From: Actinomycetes bacterium
GTDB taxonomy: Bacteria > Actinomycetota > Thermoleophilia > Solirubrobacterales > 70-9
Assembly: GCA_023436605.1 (NCBI GenBank)
Contig: JAEZIQ010000105.1
Coordinates: 191 to 64,190 of the forward strand
Length of the DNA: 64,000 bases
Direction of reading: 5' to 3'
In this document: positions 1-9,375 of the stretch, in pieces
How the letters are laid out: every line of letters begins with the position of its first letter
How positions within the stretch are numbered: position 1 is the stretch's first letter
Program-made: the position numbers and the translations under genes
Notes under the pieces: generated by a model
What the model saw: the letters and a program-made list of their open reading frames with translations, nothing else
The model's database searches: none
What the model was told of the DNA's origin: nothing

Positions 1-1151
1 GAGATCTCGGCCGCAACCGGATCGTGGTGAAGAGCGGTGAAGATGTACAGCGCCCGGAGGCCTTCCGCATAGGTCTTCTGGGTCATCAGCGAACGGCGCA
101 CGTCCGGGTGATGAATGACCGTAACCCGCGGCGCGGTCTTGTTCATGATCTCGGTGAGATCAGCGCCCTGGACGCGCTCCTTGGCGTACTCGAGTGCGTT
201 CAGGTAGCCGGTCGAGAGCGTGGCGATCGCCTTGGTGCCCACCATCATGCGGGCGAACTCGATCACGTCGAACATCTGGCGGATGCCCTGGTGGACGTCG
301 CCTACCAGGTAGCCGACGGCCGGGTTGTCGCCGTCGCCGAAGGCCATGTCGCAGGTAGCGGAGGCCTTGATGCCCATCTTGTGTTCGATCGAGGTCACGT
401 TGACGCCGTTGCGGGCGCCGATCTCGCCAGTCTGCGAGTCGAAGTGGAACTTCGGCACGACGAAGAGGCTGAGGCCCTTGGTGCCCGGGCCGGCGCCCTC
501 GGGACGGGCCAGGGTGTAGTGGAAGATGTTCTCGAACAGGTCGTCGGAGTCACCGGAGGTGATGAAACGCTTCTCTCCTTCGATGTGCCAGGTGCCGTCG
601 CCCTGGTCGATGGCCTTGGTGCGCCCGGCACCGACGTCGGAGCCGGCTTCCGGCTCGGTCAGGACCATGGTGGCGCCCCAGTTGCGCTCGATCGCCAGCT
701 GGGCCCAGTGCTTCTGCTCCTCGTTGCCGTTCTTGTAGAGCAGGTTGGCGAAAGCGGGCCCGGCCAGGTAGAAGAAACCGGCCGGGAGGGCACCACACAT
801 GAACTCGTTGATCGCCCAGGAAACGGTGGTCGGAGCGCTGATGCCGCCGAGCGTCTCCTCAACGCCGAGCTTGTCCCAGCCGGCGTCGGTCCAGGCGTTG
901 ACCGAATCCTTCAGTTCCTGGGGCAGCGAAACCGCGTGAGTTTCCGGATCGAAAGTGGGCGGAACCCGATCGCTGCTTTCGAAGGCGGCAGAAACCGGAC
1001 CTTCGGCCAGCTTCGATGCTTCTTCGAGCATGACCTTCACCGTGTCCGTATCGAGATCACCGAACGCACCGGACTTCAGTACCTCGTCGGTGTCGAACAT
1101 CTCGAAGAGGTTGAACTCGATGTCCCGGACGTTGCTCTTGTAGTGACCCAC
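1..1151 (-). CDS. acyl-CoA dehydrogenase, large FadE type (C-terminus runs off the window)
   Basis: This ORF is absent from the track because it is open to position 1. Reverse-strand reading from GTG at 1151 follows an SD (rc of 1152-1160 = GGAGAAAAA). It gives [20 protein letters not shown]...[19 protein letters not shown]...[16 protein letters not shown]...[18 protein letters not shown], which is typical of an ACAD. The listed + ORF 24..1211 is its antisense shadow. Confidence 0.85.
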   Translation of the reverse strand, partial: MGHYKSNVRDIEFNLFEMFDTDEVLKSGAFGDLDTDTVKVMLEEASKLAEGPVSAAFESSDRVPPTFDPETHAVSLPQELKDSVNAWTDAGWDKLGVEETLGGISAPTTVSWAINEFMCGALPAGFFYLAGPAFANLLYKNGNEEQKHWAQLAIERNWGATMVLTEPEAGSDVGAGRTKAIDQGDGTWHIEGEKRFITSGDSDDLFENIFHYTLARPEGAGPGTKGLSLFVVPKFHFDSQTGEIGARNGVNVTSIEHKMGIKASATCDMAFGDGDNPAVGYLVGDVHQGIRQMFDVIEFARMMVGTKAIATLSTGYLNALEYAKERVQGADLTEIMNKTAPRVTVIHHPDVRRSLMTQKTYAEGLRALYIFTALHHDPVAAEI

Positions 1152-1276
1152 TTTTTCTCCGTTCGAAGGCTTGTGACAGTGTCTGCGACCGGGAAGCATT
1201 CCATCATTTGATGGCGAATGCATCCCGTGTGTCGCAACCACGCCCGCTTTCGAACTTAGACTGCGCCTCTAGTGAG

Positions 1277-2971
1277 ATGATCGACGTGGTCGAGACACCA
1301 ATCGCCGATCTCAGATCGGCCCTTCAATCCGGACGCACGACCGCGGTCGAACTGGTCGAGGTCTACCTCGCGCGGATCGATGCGTTCGACGCTCCGGGCA
1401 CGGAAACCGCGCTCAACTCGGTGGTCGTGAGAAACGAGGATGCCCTGGTTGAAGCCGCGGCATCTGACGCGAGAAGGGCGGCGGGGGAGACCCTCGGGCC
1501 GCTCGACGGAATTCCCTACACGGCCAAAGACAGCTACCTCGTCGAAGGGATGACCGCTGCCTCGGGGAGTGCGGCCTTCGTAAACCTGATGGCCCGGCGG
1601 GACGCGTTCACGGTCGGCCGGCTGCGGGCAGGTGGAGCGATCTGTCTCGGCAAGACCAACATGCCGCCGATGGCCAACGGGGGCATGCAGCGCGGCGTGT
1701 ACGGCCGGGCCGAAAGTCCCTACAACGCCGGATACCTGACCGCTCCGTTCCTTTCCGGTTCTTCCAATGGCGCCGGGACCAGTACGGCGGCCAGCTTCGC
1801 GGCCTTCGGTCTCGCCGAGGAAACCTGGTCGAGCGGGCGCGGCCCGGCGTCGAACAACGGACTCTGCGCCTACACGCCTTCACGGGGCGTGATCTCGGTG
1901 CGGGGCAACTGGCCGCTCACCCCGGGTATGGATGTGGTGGTGCCCTTCGCCCGGACGATGGCCGACCTGCTCGAAGTGCTCGACGTGATCGTCGCCGACG
2001 ACCCGGAAACGCGGGGCGACCTCTGGCGCCTCCAGAGCTGGATTCCGATCCCGGCCTCCTCGGAGGTCCGTCCGGACTCGTATCCGGCGCTGGCACAGGG
2101 ACCGGCCGTCCTGGCCGGCAAGCGCTTGGGTATTCCCCGGATGTACATCAACGCCGACCCGGAGGCGGGCACGGGCGACAGCACCGGACTCTGGGGCCCC
2201 TGTGGAAAACGGATCGACACGCGTCAGTCGGTGATCGAGCTGTGGCAAGAGGCCCGTCGGGACCTCGAAGCGGCCGCGGCCGAAGTGATCGAGGTCGATT
2301 TCCCGGTCGTCTCCAACTACGAGGGAGACCGTGCCGGTGCCCCGACCATCCTCAACCGCGGTCTGGTCAGTCCGGAGTACCTGGAGGAAGAACTCCGGGA
2401 ACTAGCTGCCTGGGGGTTTGACGACTTCCTGCGGGCCAACGACGATCCGGCTCTGAACCGGCTGGCCGACGTCGACGGGGAGCTGATCTTCCCCCACGAA
2501 CCGGGAACCCTGCCCAGCCGCGAGGGTGGAATGTCCTTCGGTATGGAGGAGTACGTCGAGATGGCCCGGGCCGGCATCACCCCCTGGGACGAGTTGCCGC
2601 TGCTCGAGAGCGGGCTGCGAGGGCTGGAAGAGACCCGTCGAATCGACCTTGAGGACTGGATGGACGAACTCGGACTCGACGCGGTGGTTATGCCGACCGT
2701 CGCTGACGTAGGGCCGTCCGATGCCGACGTGAACCCGGAGTCAGCCGACAAGGCCTGGGCCAACGGGGTCTGGGTCGCTAACGGAAATGTCGCGATCCGG
2801 CACTTCGGCATCCCGACGGTGACGGTCCCGATGGGTCTGATGGCAGATATCGGTATGCCGGTTGGACTCACGTTTGCCGGCCGTGGATGGGATGACAATC
2901 TGCTGCTGACGCTCGCCGCGGGATTCGAGGCAACCGGCCAGCGGCGCCTACCGCCGCCGCGGACCAGCTAG
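1277..2971 (+). CDS. amidase (amidase-signature family)
   Basis: The protein has GIPYTAKDSY, a GSSNGAGTSTAA Ser-rich signature block and KTNMPP. ATG 1277 (MIDVVETPIADLR...) is preferred over the track start at 1208. Confidence 0.85.
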   Translation: MIDVVETPIADLRSALQSGRTTAVELVEVYLARIDAFDAPGTETALNSVVVRNEDALVEAAASDARRAAGETLGPLDGIPYTAKDSYLVEGMTAASGSAAFVNLMARRDAFTVGRLRAGGAICLGKTNMPPMANGGMQRGVYGRAESPYNAGYLTAPFLSGSSNGAGTSTAASFAAFGLAEETWSSGRGPASNNGLCAYTPSRGVISVRGNWPLTPGMDVVVPFARTMADLLEVLDVIVADDPETRGDLWRLQSWIPIPASSEVRPDSYPALAQGPAVLAGKRLGIPRMYINADPEAGTGDSTGLWGPCGKRIDTRQSVIELWQEARRDLEAAAAEVIEVDFPVVSNYEGDRAGAPTILNRGLVSPEYLEEELRELAAWGFDDFLRANDDPALNRLADVDGELIFPHEPGTLPSREGGMSFGMEEYVEMARAGITPWDELPLLESGLRGLEETRRIDLEDWMDELGLDAVVMPTVADVGPSDADVNPESADKAWANGVWVANGNVAIRHFGIPTVTVPMGLMADIGMPVGLTFAGRGWDDNLLLTLAAGFEATGQRRLPPPRTS

Positions 2972-3123
2972 AACATTCGGTTCAGGCTGGCGTTTGGGGG
3001 TAAGAGGGGGCTGGGATCAGGGTCCGGGTGTGGGATACTCGGACCCGGAGAGAGCGTTCAGCTCACCGAAGGAGAGCCGGGAAGACTGGTCGGCGTATTC
3101 ACGAAGCTGCCTGAAAGTCGACC

Positions 3124-4308
3124 ATGAGACGCACCATCCGAACAAAGGTCCTCGACCCGCTGTCCGACTTCCTCGACGACGAGGTACTTGGAGGAGTGGT
3201 CCTCCTCGCGGCTGCGGTCACCGCCCTGGTCTGGGCCAACTCGCCCTGGAGCGACAGCTACTTCGAGGTCTGGGGCTCATACCTGAATCTCTCCTTTGCC
3301 GGGATCGAGATCAACCTCGATCTGCAGCACTGGATCAACGACCTGCTCATGGCGATCTTCTTCTTCGTGGTCGGGGTGGAGATCAAACGCGAGCTGGTTT
3401 CGGGAGAGCTGAGGGACCGTCGGGATGCCGTGGTCCCGGTCGTCGCGGCGCTGGGCGGAGTGGCACTGCCGGCGATCCTCTTCACCCTTGTGGCCAGTGG
3501 CGAAGCTTCGAAGGGTTGGGCGATCCCTGCGGCCACGGATATCGCGTTCGCGGTTGGCGTTCTCGCCTTGTTGGGCAGCCGGGTCTCGAATGGGGTCCGG
3601 GTCTTTCTGCTCACCGTCGCGATCGTCGACGACATCGTCGCGATCCTGATCATCGCGCTCTTCTATGGCGAAGGGCTTTCGCTCGGCTGGGCCGCCGTGG
3701 CGGTCACCGGGTTGCTCGCGGTACTGGCTTTCCAACGTCTCGGGATCTGGCGCATCTGGCCCTACGTCCCGCTGGCCGCCGTGGTCTGGCTGGCGACCTT
3801 CGAGTCGGGGATCCACGCGACCATCGCCGGCGTAGCGCTGGGTCTGCTGGTTCCGGTCCGGCCCTTTCGTGGTCGCGAGGTACACCGCACCCTCGAGCAC
3901 GCGCTTCACCCGGTCAGTGCCTATGTCGTGGTGCCGTTGTTTGCGCTCGCCAATGCGGGCATCTTCCTTCGTGACGGAGTGCTCGGCGAGGCGATGTCCA
4001 GCGGGATCACCTGGGCGGTGATCCTCGGGCTGGTGGTCGGCAAGGTGCTGGGCATCTCGACCAGTGCGCTCCTCGCCCTGAAGCTGGGTTCAGGGCAGCT
4101 GCCGGAAGGGATGCGTCGGGCCCAGCTTTGGGGGGTCGGCGCGCTCGGCGGCATCGGCTTCACGGTTTCGCTGTTCATCACCGATCTCGCTTTTGCCGAC
4201 CAGTCCCTGATCGACGGGGCCAAGGTCGGGATCTTCCTCGGTTCGATCGTCAGTGCCCTGGCGGGGACCGCGTTGCTGCTCTTTACAAGAGCCAGGCGTC
4301 CCGGTTAG
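3124..4308 (+). CDS. nhaA: Na+/H+ antiporter NhaA
   Basis: By eye it is collinear with E. coli NhaA. Shared blocks include WINDLLMAIFFFVVGVEIKREL, GWAIPAATDIAFAVGVLALLGSRV and IVDDIVAILIIALFY. Confidence 0.92.
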   Translation: MRRTIRTKVLDPLSDFLDDEVLGGVVLLAAAVTALVWANSPWSDSYFEVWGSYLNLSFAGIEINLDLQHWINDLLMAIFFFVVGVEIKRELVSGELRDRRDAVVPVVAALGGVALPAILFTLVASGEASKGWAIPAATDIAFAVGVLALLGSRVSNGVRVFLLTVAIVDDIVAILIIALFYGEGLSLGWAAVAVTGLLAVLAFQRLGIWRIWPYVPLAAVVWLATFESGIHATIAGVALGLLVPVRPFRGREVHRTLEHALHPVSAYVVVPLFALANAGIFLRDGVLGEAMSSGITWAVILGLVVGKVLGISTSALLALKLGSGQLPEGMRRAQLWGVGALGGIGFTVSLFITDLAFADQSLIDGAKVGIFLGSIVSALAGTALLLFTRARRPG

Positions 4309-4311
4309 ATT
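4306..4311 (+). promoter_or_regulatory. -10-like box TAGATT, 6 nt before ATG 4318 (leaderless start)
   Basis: It matches TANNNT, there is no SD, and it overlaps the nhaA TAG stop codon. Confidence 0.4.
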
Positions 4312-4317
4312 CGCTGG

Positions 4318-4680
4318 ATGGCGGAGAATCCATCTGATCTGATCGACGCAAGGATCAAGGAGCTGGGGGACTGGCGGGGAGAAACCCTGGCCAGAGTCCG
4401 CGCTCTGATCAAGCAGGCTGACCCGGAAGTGGTCGAGGAGTGGAAATGGCGGGGAGTGCCCGTCTGGTACCACGACAAGATCATCTGCACGGGCGAGAGT
4501 TACAAGGACAAGGTCAAGCTCACCTTCTTCAAGGGTGCCGACCTCGAGGATCCGTCCGGACTCTTCAACTCAAGCCTTGACGGCAACGCCCGGCGGGCGA
4601 TCGATTTCTTCGAGGGCGATGAAGTTGACGAGCGGGCCTTCACCGACCTGGTTCGGGCCGCGGTCGCCGCGAACAGTTGA
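4318..4680 (+). CDS. DUF1801 (YdhG-like) domain protein
   Basis: The 120-aa protein has the pattern WRGETLARVRALIKQADPEVVEEWKW...KVKLTFFKGA typical of DUF1801. TAGATT lies 6 nt upstream of the ATG and there is no SD. Confidence 0.7.
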   Translation: MAENPSDLIDARIKELGDWRGETLARVRALIKQADPEVVEEWKWRGVPVWYHDKIICTGESYKDKVKLTFFKGADLEDPSGLFNSSLDGNARRAIDFFEGDEVDERAFTDLVRAAVAANS

Positions 4681-4682
4681 GT

Positions 4683-5156
4683 TCAGATCGCGCCGGTCGA
4701 GATGAGCAGGACCAGCAGTGAGATCGGCACCCCGAAGTCGCTCAGCATGATCACCGTGTTGCCCGGCGCAAAGTTTCTGGTCCGGCGAATGTCGCGAATG
4801 TGCCCGAGGCCGGCGAGAAAAAGGAAAATGCCGCCGGCCAGTGATGCGACCACCCAGGTCGAGGGTTCACTGCTGTTGGAGGCGACGATTCCGGCCAGAC
4901 CGATGCCGAGGCTGGCGAACCCGACTTCGTACTGGAAACCGTTGGTCTGCCAGCCGATTGCCCTGGCCGTGTCCTTGGCAAAAACGGTGTGAGTGACGAA
5001 CCCGCCGAGGATGCTCCATCCCATCCCGAGGAAAAGCATCCAGCGCAGGGCATTCTCGTCGAACGGTGTCGACGAGCTCGTGCTCGGCGCTTCCCAGCCC
5101 AGAAGGGCACAGATCCAGGAGATCACGAACAGCGCAGGAGGGACGTAGGCGATCAT
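4683..5156 (-). CDS. integral membrane protein, unknown function
   Basis: The 157-aa protein has about 5 hydrophobic helices and good GC3 codon bias. A TAGTTT box lies 6 nt upstream of the ATG. Confidence 0.6.
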   Translation of the reverse strand: MIAYVPPALFVISWICALLGWEAPSTSSSTPFDENALRWMLFLGMGWSILGGFVTHTVFAKDTARAIGWQTNGFQYEVGFASLGIGLAGIVASNSSEPSTWVVASLAGGIFLFLAGLGHIRDIRRTRNFAPGNTVIMLSDFGVPISLLVLLISTGAI

Positions 5157-5162
5157 GGCTGG

Positions 5163-5168
5163 AAACTA
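5163..5168 (-). promoter_or_regulatory. -10-like box TAGTTT, 6 nt before ATG 5156
   Basis: It matches TANNNT on the minus strand and there is no SD. Confidence 0.4.
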
Positions 5169-5202
5169 GCCGTCCTCAATGACGGAACCGAGGTGGCCGC
5201 CC

Positions 5203-6321
5203 TCAGGGACGGTCGCTGGAAGGATCGATCAGGTACTTCTCGCCGGTGCTGCGCTTGGCGCAGGTTGCGAGCTGGGCCGGGTCGAGCACGTCAGCCAGCC
5301 CGATCGTCTTCGCGTAGGAGGAAGCAAAGGTGGTCTTCAGCTCGGAGACCACGCGATTTCGCATCCGGCCGATTGCCTCGCCCCCGAGGCGCCCCAGCGC
5401 GTCGGTGAGCAGGTAGCCGCCAACCGCCCAGCGCATCCCGACAGTTCGCTGGATCGTGGTCGGCCCGAAGTCGAGCGAACCGTAGATGTAGACCTGCTTG
5501 TGGGTCGCCGACCCGTAGGGAGTCCAGTGCTCGGCCGGAGGGATGCTTCGCTCCATGGCGTTGAGGATGTCGCTGGCCAGCGTGCCACCGCCGACCGCGT
5601 CGAAGGCGAGCGTTGCTCCGGTCGCGGCCACCGCTTCGGTCAGCCGTTCCTGAAAATCGGGCAGCGAAGAATCCACAACATGCTCGGCGCCCAGGTCCCT
5701 GAGGGTTGCGAGCTGTTCCGGGCTGCGGACGACGTTGACCAGGCCGACCCCGTCGTCGTTGCAGATCTTGACCAGCATCTGACCGAGGTTCGAAGCGGCC
5801 GCGGTGTGAACCAGGGCGGAGTGGCCTTCGGCCCGCATCGTCTCGACCATCGAAAGCGCGGTCATCGGATTGACAAAAAGCGAGGCGCCATCGGCCGGAG
5901 AAGCATCGTCCGGCAGGGGGATGACCGCCGCGGAATCGACCAGCCGGTAGTCGGACCACATCGCTCCGCCGACCAGAGATACGTGCCGTCCGACCAGATC
6001 ACTGGCGTCGGGGCCGGTGGCGACCACCGTGCCGGCGCCCTCGTTTCCTACCGGTAGTGGCCGGTCGAGCCGGTCGCGCATGATCGGGATCGCCTGTAGC
6101 GGCAGCTGCCCATCGAGTCCGCCACCTTCGACCGGAGTCAGGGTCGATGCATCGGCCGGACCGAGCAGCACACCGAGATCGGACGGATTGACCGGAGTCG
6201 CCTCGACCGAGACCAGGACCTCCGACCCCGTCGGTTCTCCAACCTCCTCCTCGATCAGACGAAGCTCCAGAGCTCCATCGGAAGTAACCGTCGACCGCAA
6301 ACTACGTCCAGTGCTCGGCAT
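5203..6321 (-). CDS. zinc-binding/MDR-family oxidoreductase (quinone-reductase-like)
   Basis: It has VLVSVEATPVNPSD, PLPVGNEGAGTVVATG and a NAD(P)-binding region (LVHTAAASNLGQML), consistent with the medium-chain dehydrogenase/reductase superfamily. Confidence 0.8.
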   Translation of the reverse strand: MPSTGRSLRSTVTSDGALELRLIEEEVGEPTGSEVLVSVEATPVNPSDLGVLLGPADASTLTPVEGGGLDGQLPLQAIPIMRDRLDRPLPVGNEGAGTVVATGPDASDLVGRHVSLVGGAMWSDYRLVDSAAVIPLPDDASPADGASLFVNPMTALSMVETMRAEGHSALVHTAAASNLGQMLVKICNDDGVGLVNVVRSPEQLATLRDLGAEHVVDSSLPDFQERLTEAVAATGATLAFDAVGGGTLASDILNAMERSIPPAEHWTPYGSATHKQVYIYGSLDFGPTTIQRTVGMRWAVGGYLLTDALGRLGGEAIGRMRNRVVSELKTTFASSYAKTIGLADVLDPAQLATCAKRSTGEKYLIDPSSDRP

Positions 6322-6327
6322 GGAGGC

Positions 6328-6333
6328 ATTATG
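6328..6333 (-). promoter_or_regulatory. -10-like box CATAAT, 6 nt before ATG 6321
   Basis: This is the minus-strand reading. It lies in the divergent region shared with the LAL regulator gene. Confidence 0.4.
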
Positions 6334-6426
6334 AATGTTGAACCTTCACTGCAGGGTTCCTGAGGGTAGGCACAGATTTGGGTCCAGATCGTATGAATCG
6401 GGCTGGATTCGTGGAAAGATGCGGAT

Positions 6427-9240
6427 GTGCATGGTGACGGGGGCGACAGTAACCGCATGCTCTTCGAGCGAGATCCTGAACTCGAACTGATCGAAGGCCT
6501 CGCCCAACAGGCTCTGGCCGGCGCCGGCGGAGCAATCTTCATCGAGGGCCAGGCCGGGGTGGGGAAGACCGAACTCTTGCGTGCCGCCGTTGGGTTCGGC
6601 TCGGCGTCGGGTATGCGTGTTCTGAGGGGACGCGGCACGGAACTGGACGGCGGCTTTGCCTACGGAGTGGTGCGCCAACTGTTCGAGCGATCCGTTGCCG
6701 ACCAGCCTTCGCTGCTGGAAGGTGGTGCGGAGCCGGCCGCTGCCGTGTTTTCATCCAGCGCCACCCAACGGTCGGATGATGCCGGCTTCGAACCCCTGCA
6801 CGGTCTCTACTGGCTGATCAGCAACCTCGCCGACGAACGACCGCTCATGATCGTTGCGGACGACCTTCATTGGTGTGACCGGGCATCTCTCCGGGCGCTC
6901 CTGTTCGCAGTCGAGCGACTCGACGAAATGCCGGTGATGATCGTCACGGCCGCACGAGTGAACGAACCAGGCGCCGAACAGGAGCTGTTGGACGGGCTGG
7001 CTTCCTCACCTGCTTCAAAGGTGATTCGGCCGCAACCGCTCTCCGAAGCGGCCGCCTCCGAACTGATCCGGAGCCGCCTGCCCACCGCCGAGGCGTCGTT
7101 CAGCGTGGCCTGCCATCGGGCGACCGGAGGCAATCCGTTCCTGCTCGGTGAGCTCCTCGTCGAACTTGCCGAGGAGGGAACGACCGGCAACGCCGACGAT
7201 GCGACGAGAGTGCTCGACTTTGGCTCTGACCGGGTCGGACGGGCGATCCGGCGTCGACTTCGGCTGCTTCCCCCTGAAGCCACGAGTGTCGCGCAGGCGG
7301 CCGCGGTACTGGGGCCGGAACCTGCCCGGAGCGCACTCGCGAAGCTGGTTCGGATCAGCGAGCCGGAGGTCGCGACGGCGATCGACGCACTCGTGGAGAT
7401 ACACGTGCTCGAGGATGGGAGCGAACCCGATTTCGTTCACCCGGTCGTTCGCAGCGCGATTTACGACCAGATACCGCCCAGCGAACGTACGGCGCTCCAC
7501 GCGGACGCCGCGCGGTTGCTCGAACAGCAGGGCGCGGAGGTCGAGCGTGTGGCCCAGCACGTCCTGCGATTGCCGCCGGCAAATGATCAGGCGCGGGTAA
7601 CGCTCCTCCGGGAGGCTGCTGCCGCCGCCTCGTCTAGGGGCGCGCCGGCCGCCGCGTCCAACTACCTCGAACGGGCGCTCAGGGAACCACCGCCGGCGCC
7701 GGAGCGTGGACGTATCCTGCTCGACCTCGGAGTGGCCGAAGCCGCCGATCGGCAGCGGTCCCAGTCAATCGCACACCTGCGGGAGGCGATGGTGGAAACC
7801 CCCGATCCGGAACAGAGGGCGCAGATCGCGCTGGGACTGGTCAGGGCCCTGGCTGCTACCGCCCGTTTTCCGGAGGCGGTCGAAGCAGCGGAAGGGGCTC
7901 TACGGGAAGTCGAGGACCCAGACGGCCCGCTCGGGGTTGCGCTCGAGGCCGAACTCCTCGCGATCGGCTCCCACGACTTCCTTTCCACGGAGCAGGTGGC
8001 TCCCTTGTGGGAACGGCGGCTCGAGCAGCTCGCGCGGGGGGAGAAGCTCTCCAATCTGACCATGTCCTGTCTGGTCATGATCGTCGCGACGTCGCGGCCA
8101 CCGATCAGCTCGGCGCTCGAGCTGGCCGGCCGCGTCTCACAGGGCCCGCTCCTCGAAGAGCAGAACAGCGTGCTGGGCGGAGTGTTCGGCAACGGTCTGA
8201 TCTACGCCGGTGCGCTAAGCGAGGCCGCTCATTTTTATGACAGCGCGATCGCCAACTCCACGCGGCGGGGCAACCGGCTGATGACCGCCTGGCAGATGAT
8301 CATGCGTTCCGACGCCTCGCTTCGCCTCGGCGAGATCCGCCGTGCGGAATCCGAGGCCGTTTCATCCTTCGAGCTTTGGGACGCGGAAGGTTCCCCAATC
8401 GGTCCGGCCTGGGCCGCTCATCGCGTGCTGGGCGCCAAACTCGCCCGAGGGGCGATCGATGAAGCCGAGGAATTGCTGAAGGGGGGAGGGGTGGGGTTCG
8501 AAGCCCGACCGTCGTTCCCGCTCGCCTTGCTGACCGCGGTCCGGGCCGAACTTCACCTGGCCCAGGGCCGCTTCGTCGCGGCGCTGGAGGATGCCCGGGC
8601 CGCCGGCGATCTGGTCTCGCCGACGATCACGAACCCGAGCTGCTGTTCCTGGCGCTCGACTGCAGCCCTCGCCCTGGCGGCACTGGGGCGCACGGAGGAG
8701 GCGGTCGAAATGGCCGAGGACGAGCTGGCCGATGCCCGGCGGTTCGGCAATCCCGACGCCGAAGGCGCGTCCCTGAGAACCCGTGCGCTGACCGCTGTCG
8801 GTGACGAGAGCGTCGGGTTGCTTCGCGCATCGGTCGATGTGCTCGAAAGGAGCGAGAGCCGTCTCGAGCGAGCGCGGTCGCTGCTCGAGCTCGGTGCTGC
8901 CCTGCGCCGCACAGGCGAGGTGGTAGAGGGACGGGAGATCCTGCGGGAAGCGATGGATGCTGCGGCCCGGTTGGGCGCGAGCGGCCTGGCCGACCGCGCC
9001 CACGAAGAACTCGTCGTGGCCGGGGCCCGACCGCGCCGCGACCGTCGCCTGCTCTCGGGTCGGGAGTCACTGACCGCCAGCGAGGACCGCGTTGCCGCAC
9101 TTGCTGCGGAGGGACTGACCAACCGCGAGATCGCGCAGCGGCAATTCGTGACCGTAAAGGCGGTCGAGTGGCACCTTCGAAACGTCTACCGAAAACTCGA
9201 TATCGAATCGCGCGATCAGCTTCCTGAAGCGCTTTCCTGA
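6427..9240 (+). CDS. LuxR-family transcriptional regulator with N-terminal AAA/STAND ATPase (LAL type)
   Basis: It has a Walker A (GQAGVGKTELL) and Walker B (MIVADDLHWCD), a long helical/TPR-like middle, and a C-terminal LuxR HTH (LTASEDRVAALAAEGLTNREIAQRQFVTVKAVEWHLRNVYRKL). Confidence 0.88.
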   Translation: MHGDGGDSNRMLFERDPELELIEGLAQQALAGAGGAIFIEGQAGVGKTELLRAAVGFGSASGMRVLRGRGTELDGGFAYGVVRQLFERSVADQPSLLEGGAEPAAAVFSSSATQRSDDAGFEPLHGLYWLISNLADERPLMIVADDLHWCDRASLRALLFAVERLDEMPVMIVTAARVNEPGAEQELLDGLASSPASKVIRPQPLSEAAASELIRSRLPTAEASFSVACHRATGGNPFLLGELLVELAEEGTTGNADDATRVLDFGSDRVGRAIRRRLRLLPPEATSVAQAAAVLGPEPARSALAKLVRISEPEVATAIDALVEIHVLEDGSEPDFVHPVVRSAIYDQIPPSERTALHADAARLLEQQGAEVERVAQHVLRLPPANDQARVTLLREAAAAASSRGAPAAASNYLERALREPPPAPERGRILLDLGVAEAADRQRSQSIAHLREAMVETPDPEQRAQIALGLVRALAATARFPEAVEAAEGALREVEDPDGPLGVALEAELLAIGSHDFLSTEQVAPLWERRLEQLARGEKLSNLTMSCLVMIVATSRPPISSALELAGRVSQGPLLEEQNSVLGGVFGNGLIYAGALSEAAHFYDSAIANSTRRGNRLMTAWQMIMRSDASLRLGEIRRAESEAVSSFELWDAEGSPIGPAWAAHRVLGAKLARGAIDEAEELLKGGGVGFEARPSFPLALLTAVRAELHLAQGRFVAALEDARAAGDLVSPTITNPSCCSWRSTAALALAALGRTEEAVEMAEDELADARRFGNPDAEGASLRTRALTAVGDESVGLLRASVDVLERSESRLERARSLLELGAALRRTGEVVEGREILREAMDAAARLGASGLADRAHEELVVAGARPRRDRRLLSGRESLTASEDRVAALAAEGLTNREIAQRQFVTVKAVEWHLRNVYRKLDIESRDQLPEALS

Positions 9241-9252
9241 GTGACCCCAGTA

Positions 9253-9273
9253 CCCCAGTTTCAAAAACTGGGG
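9253..9273 (+). terminator. hairpin after the LAL regulator gene
   Basis: CCCCAGTT-tcaaa-AACTGGGG forms a perfect 8-bp stem, followed by GGCCTTTCC. It lies 13 nt after the stop. Confidence 0.5.
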
Positions 9274-9375
9274 GGCCTTTCCTAGCGAAAACTCTTCATC
9301 TCCTCTCCACCCTGAGTTGCGTACTCAGTCAACCCGGGGCGGTGCCGTTGGCGTCGCCTCGTAAGGAGAAACACC

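Noticed and set aside
24-1211. 395-aa plus-strand ORF covering the left end of the window
   Set aside because: Its product is low-complexity and rich in Gly, Val and Arg. It lies exactly antisense to a reverse-strand frame that reads as a textbook acyl-CoA dehydrogenase with its own SD and GTG start at 1151. This is a typical high-GC shadow ORF.
8495-8505. tRNA T-loop-like string GGTTCGAAGCC (similar strings near 11938 and 25565)
   Set aside because: The string lies inside a well-supported CDS, or lacks a 5-bp T-stem with a 7-nt loop, an acceptor stem and an anticodon arm. I could not fold any cloverleaf. I found no tRNA in the window.
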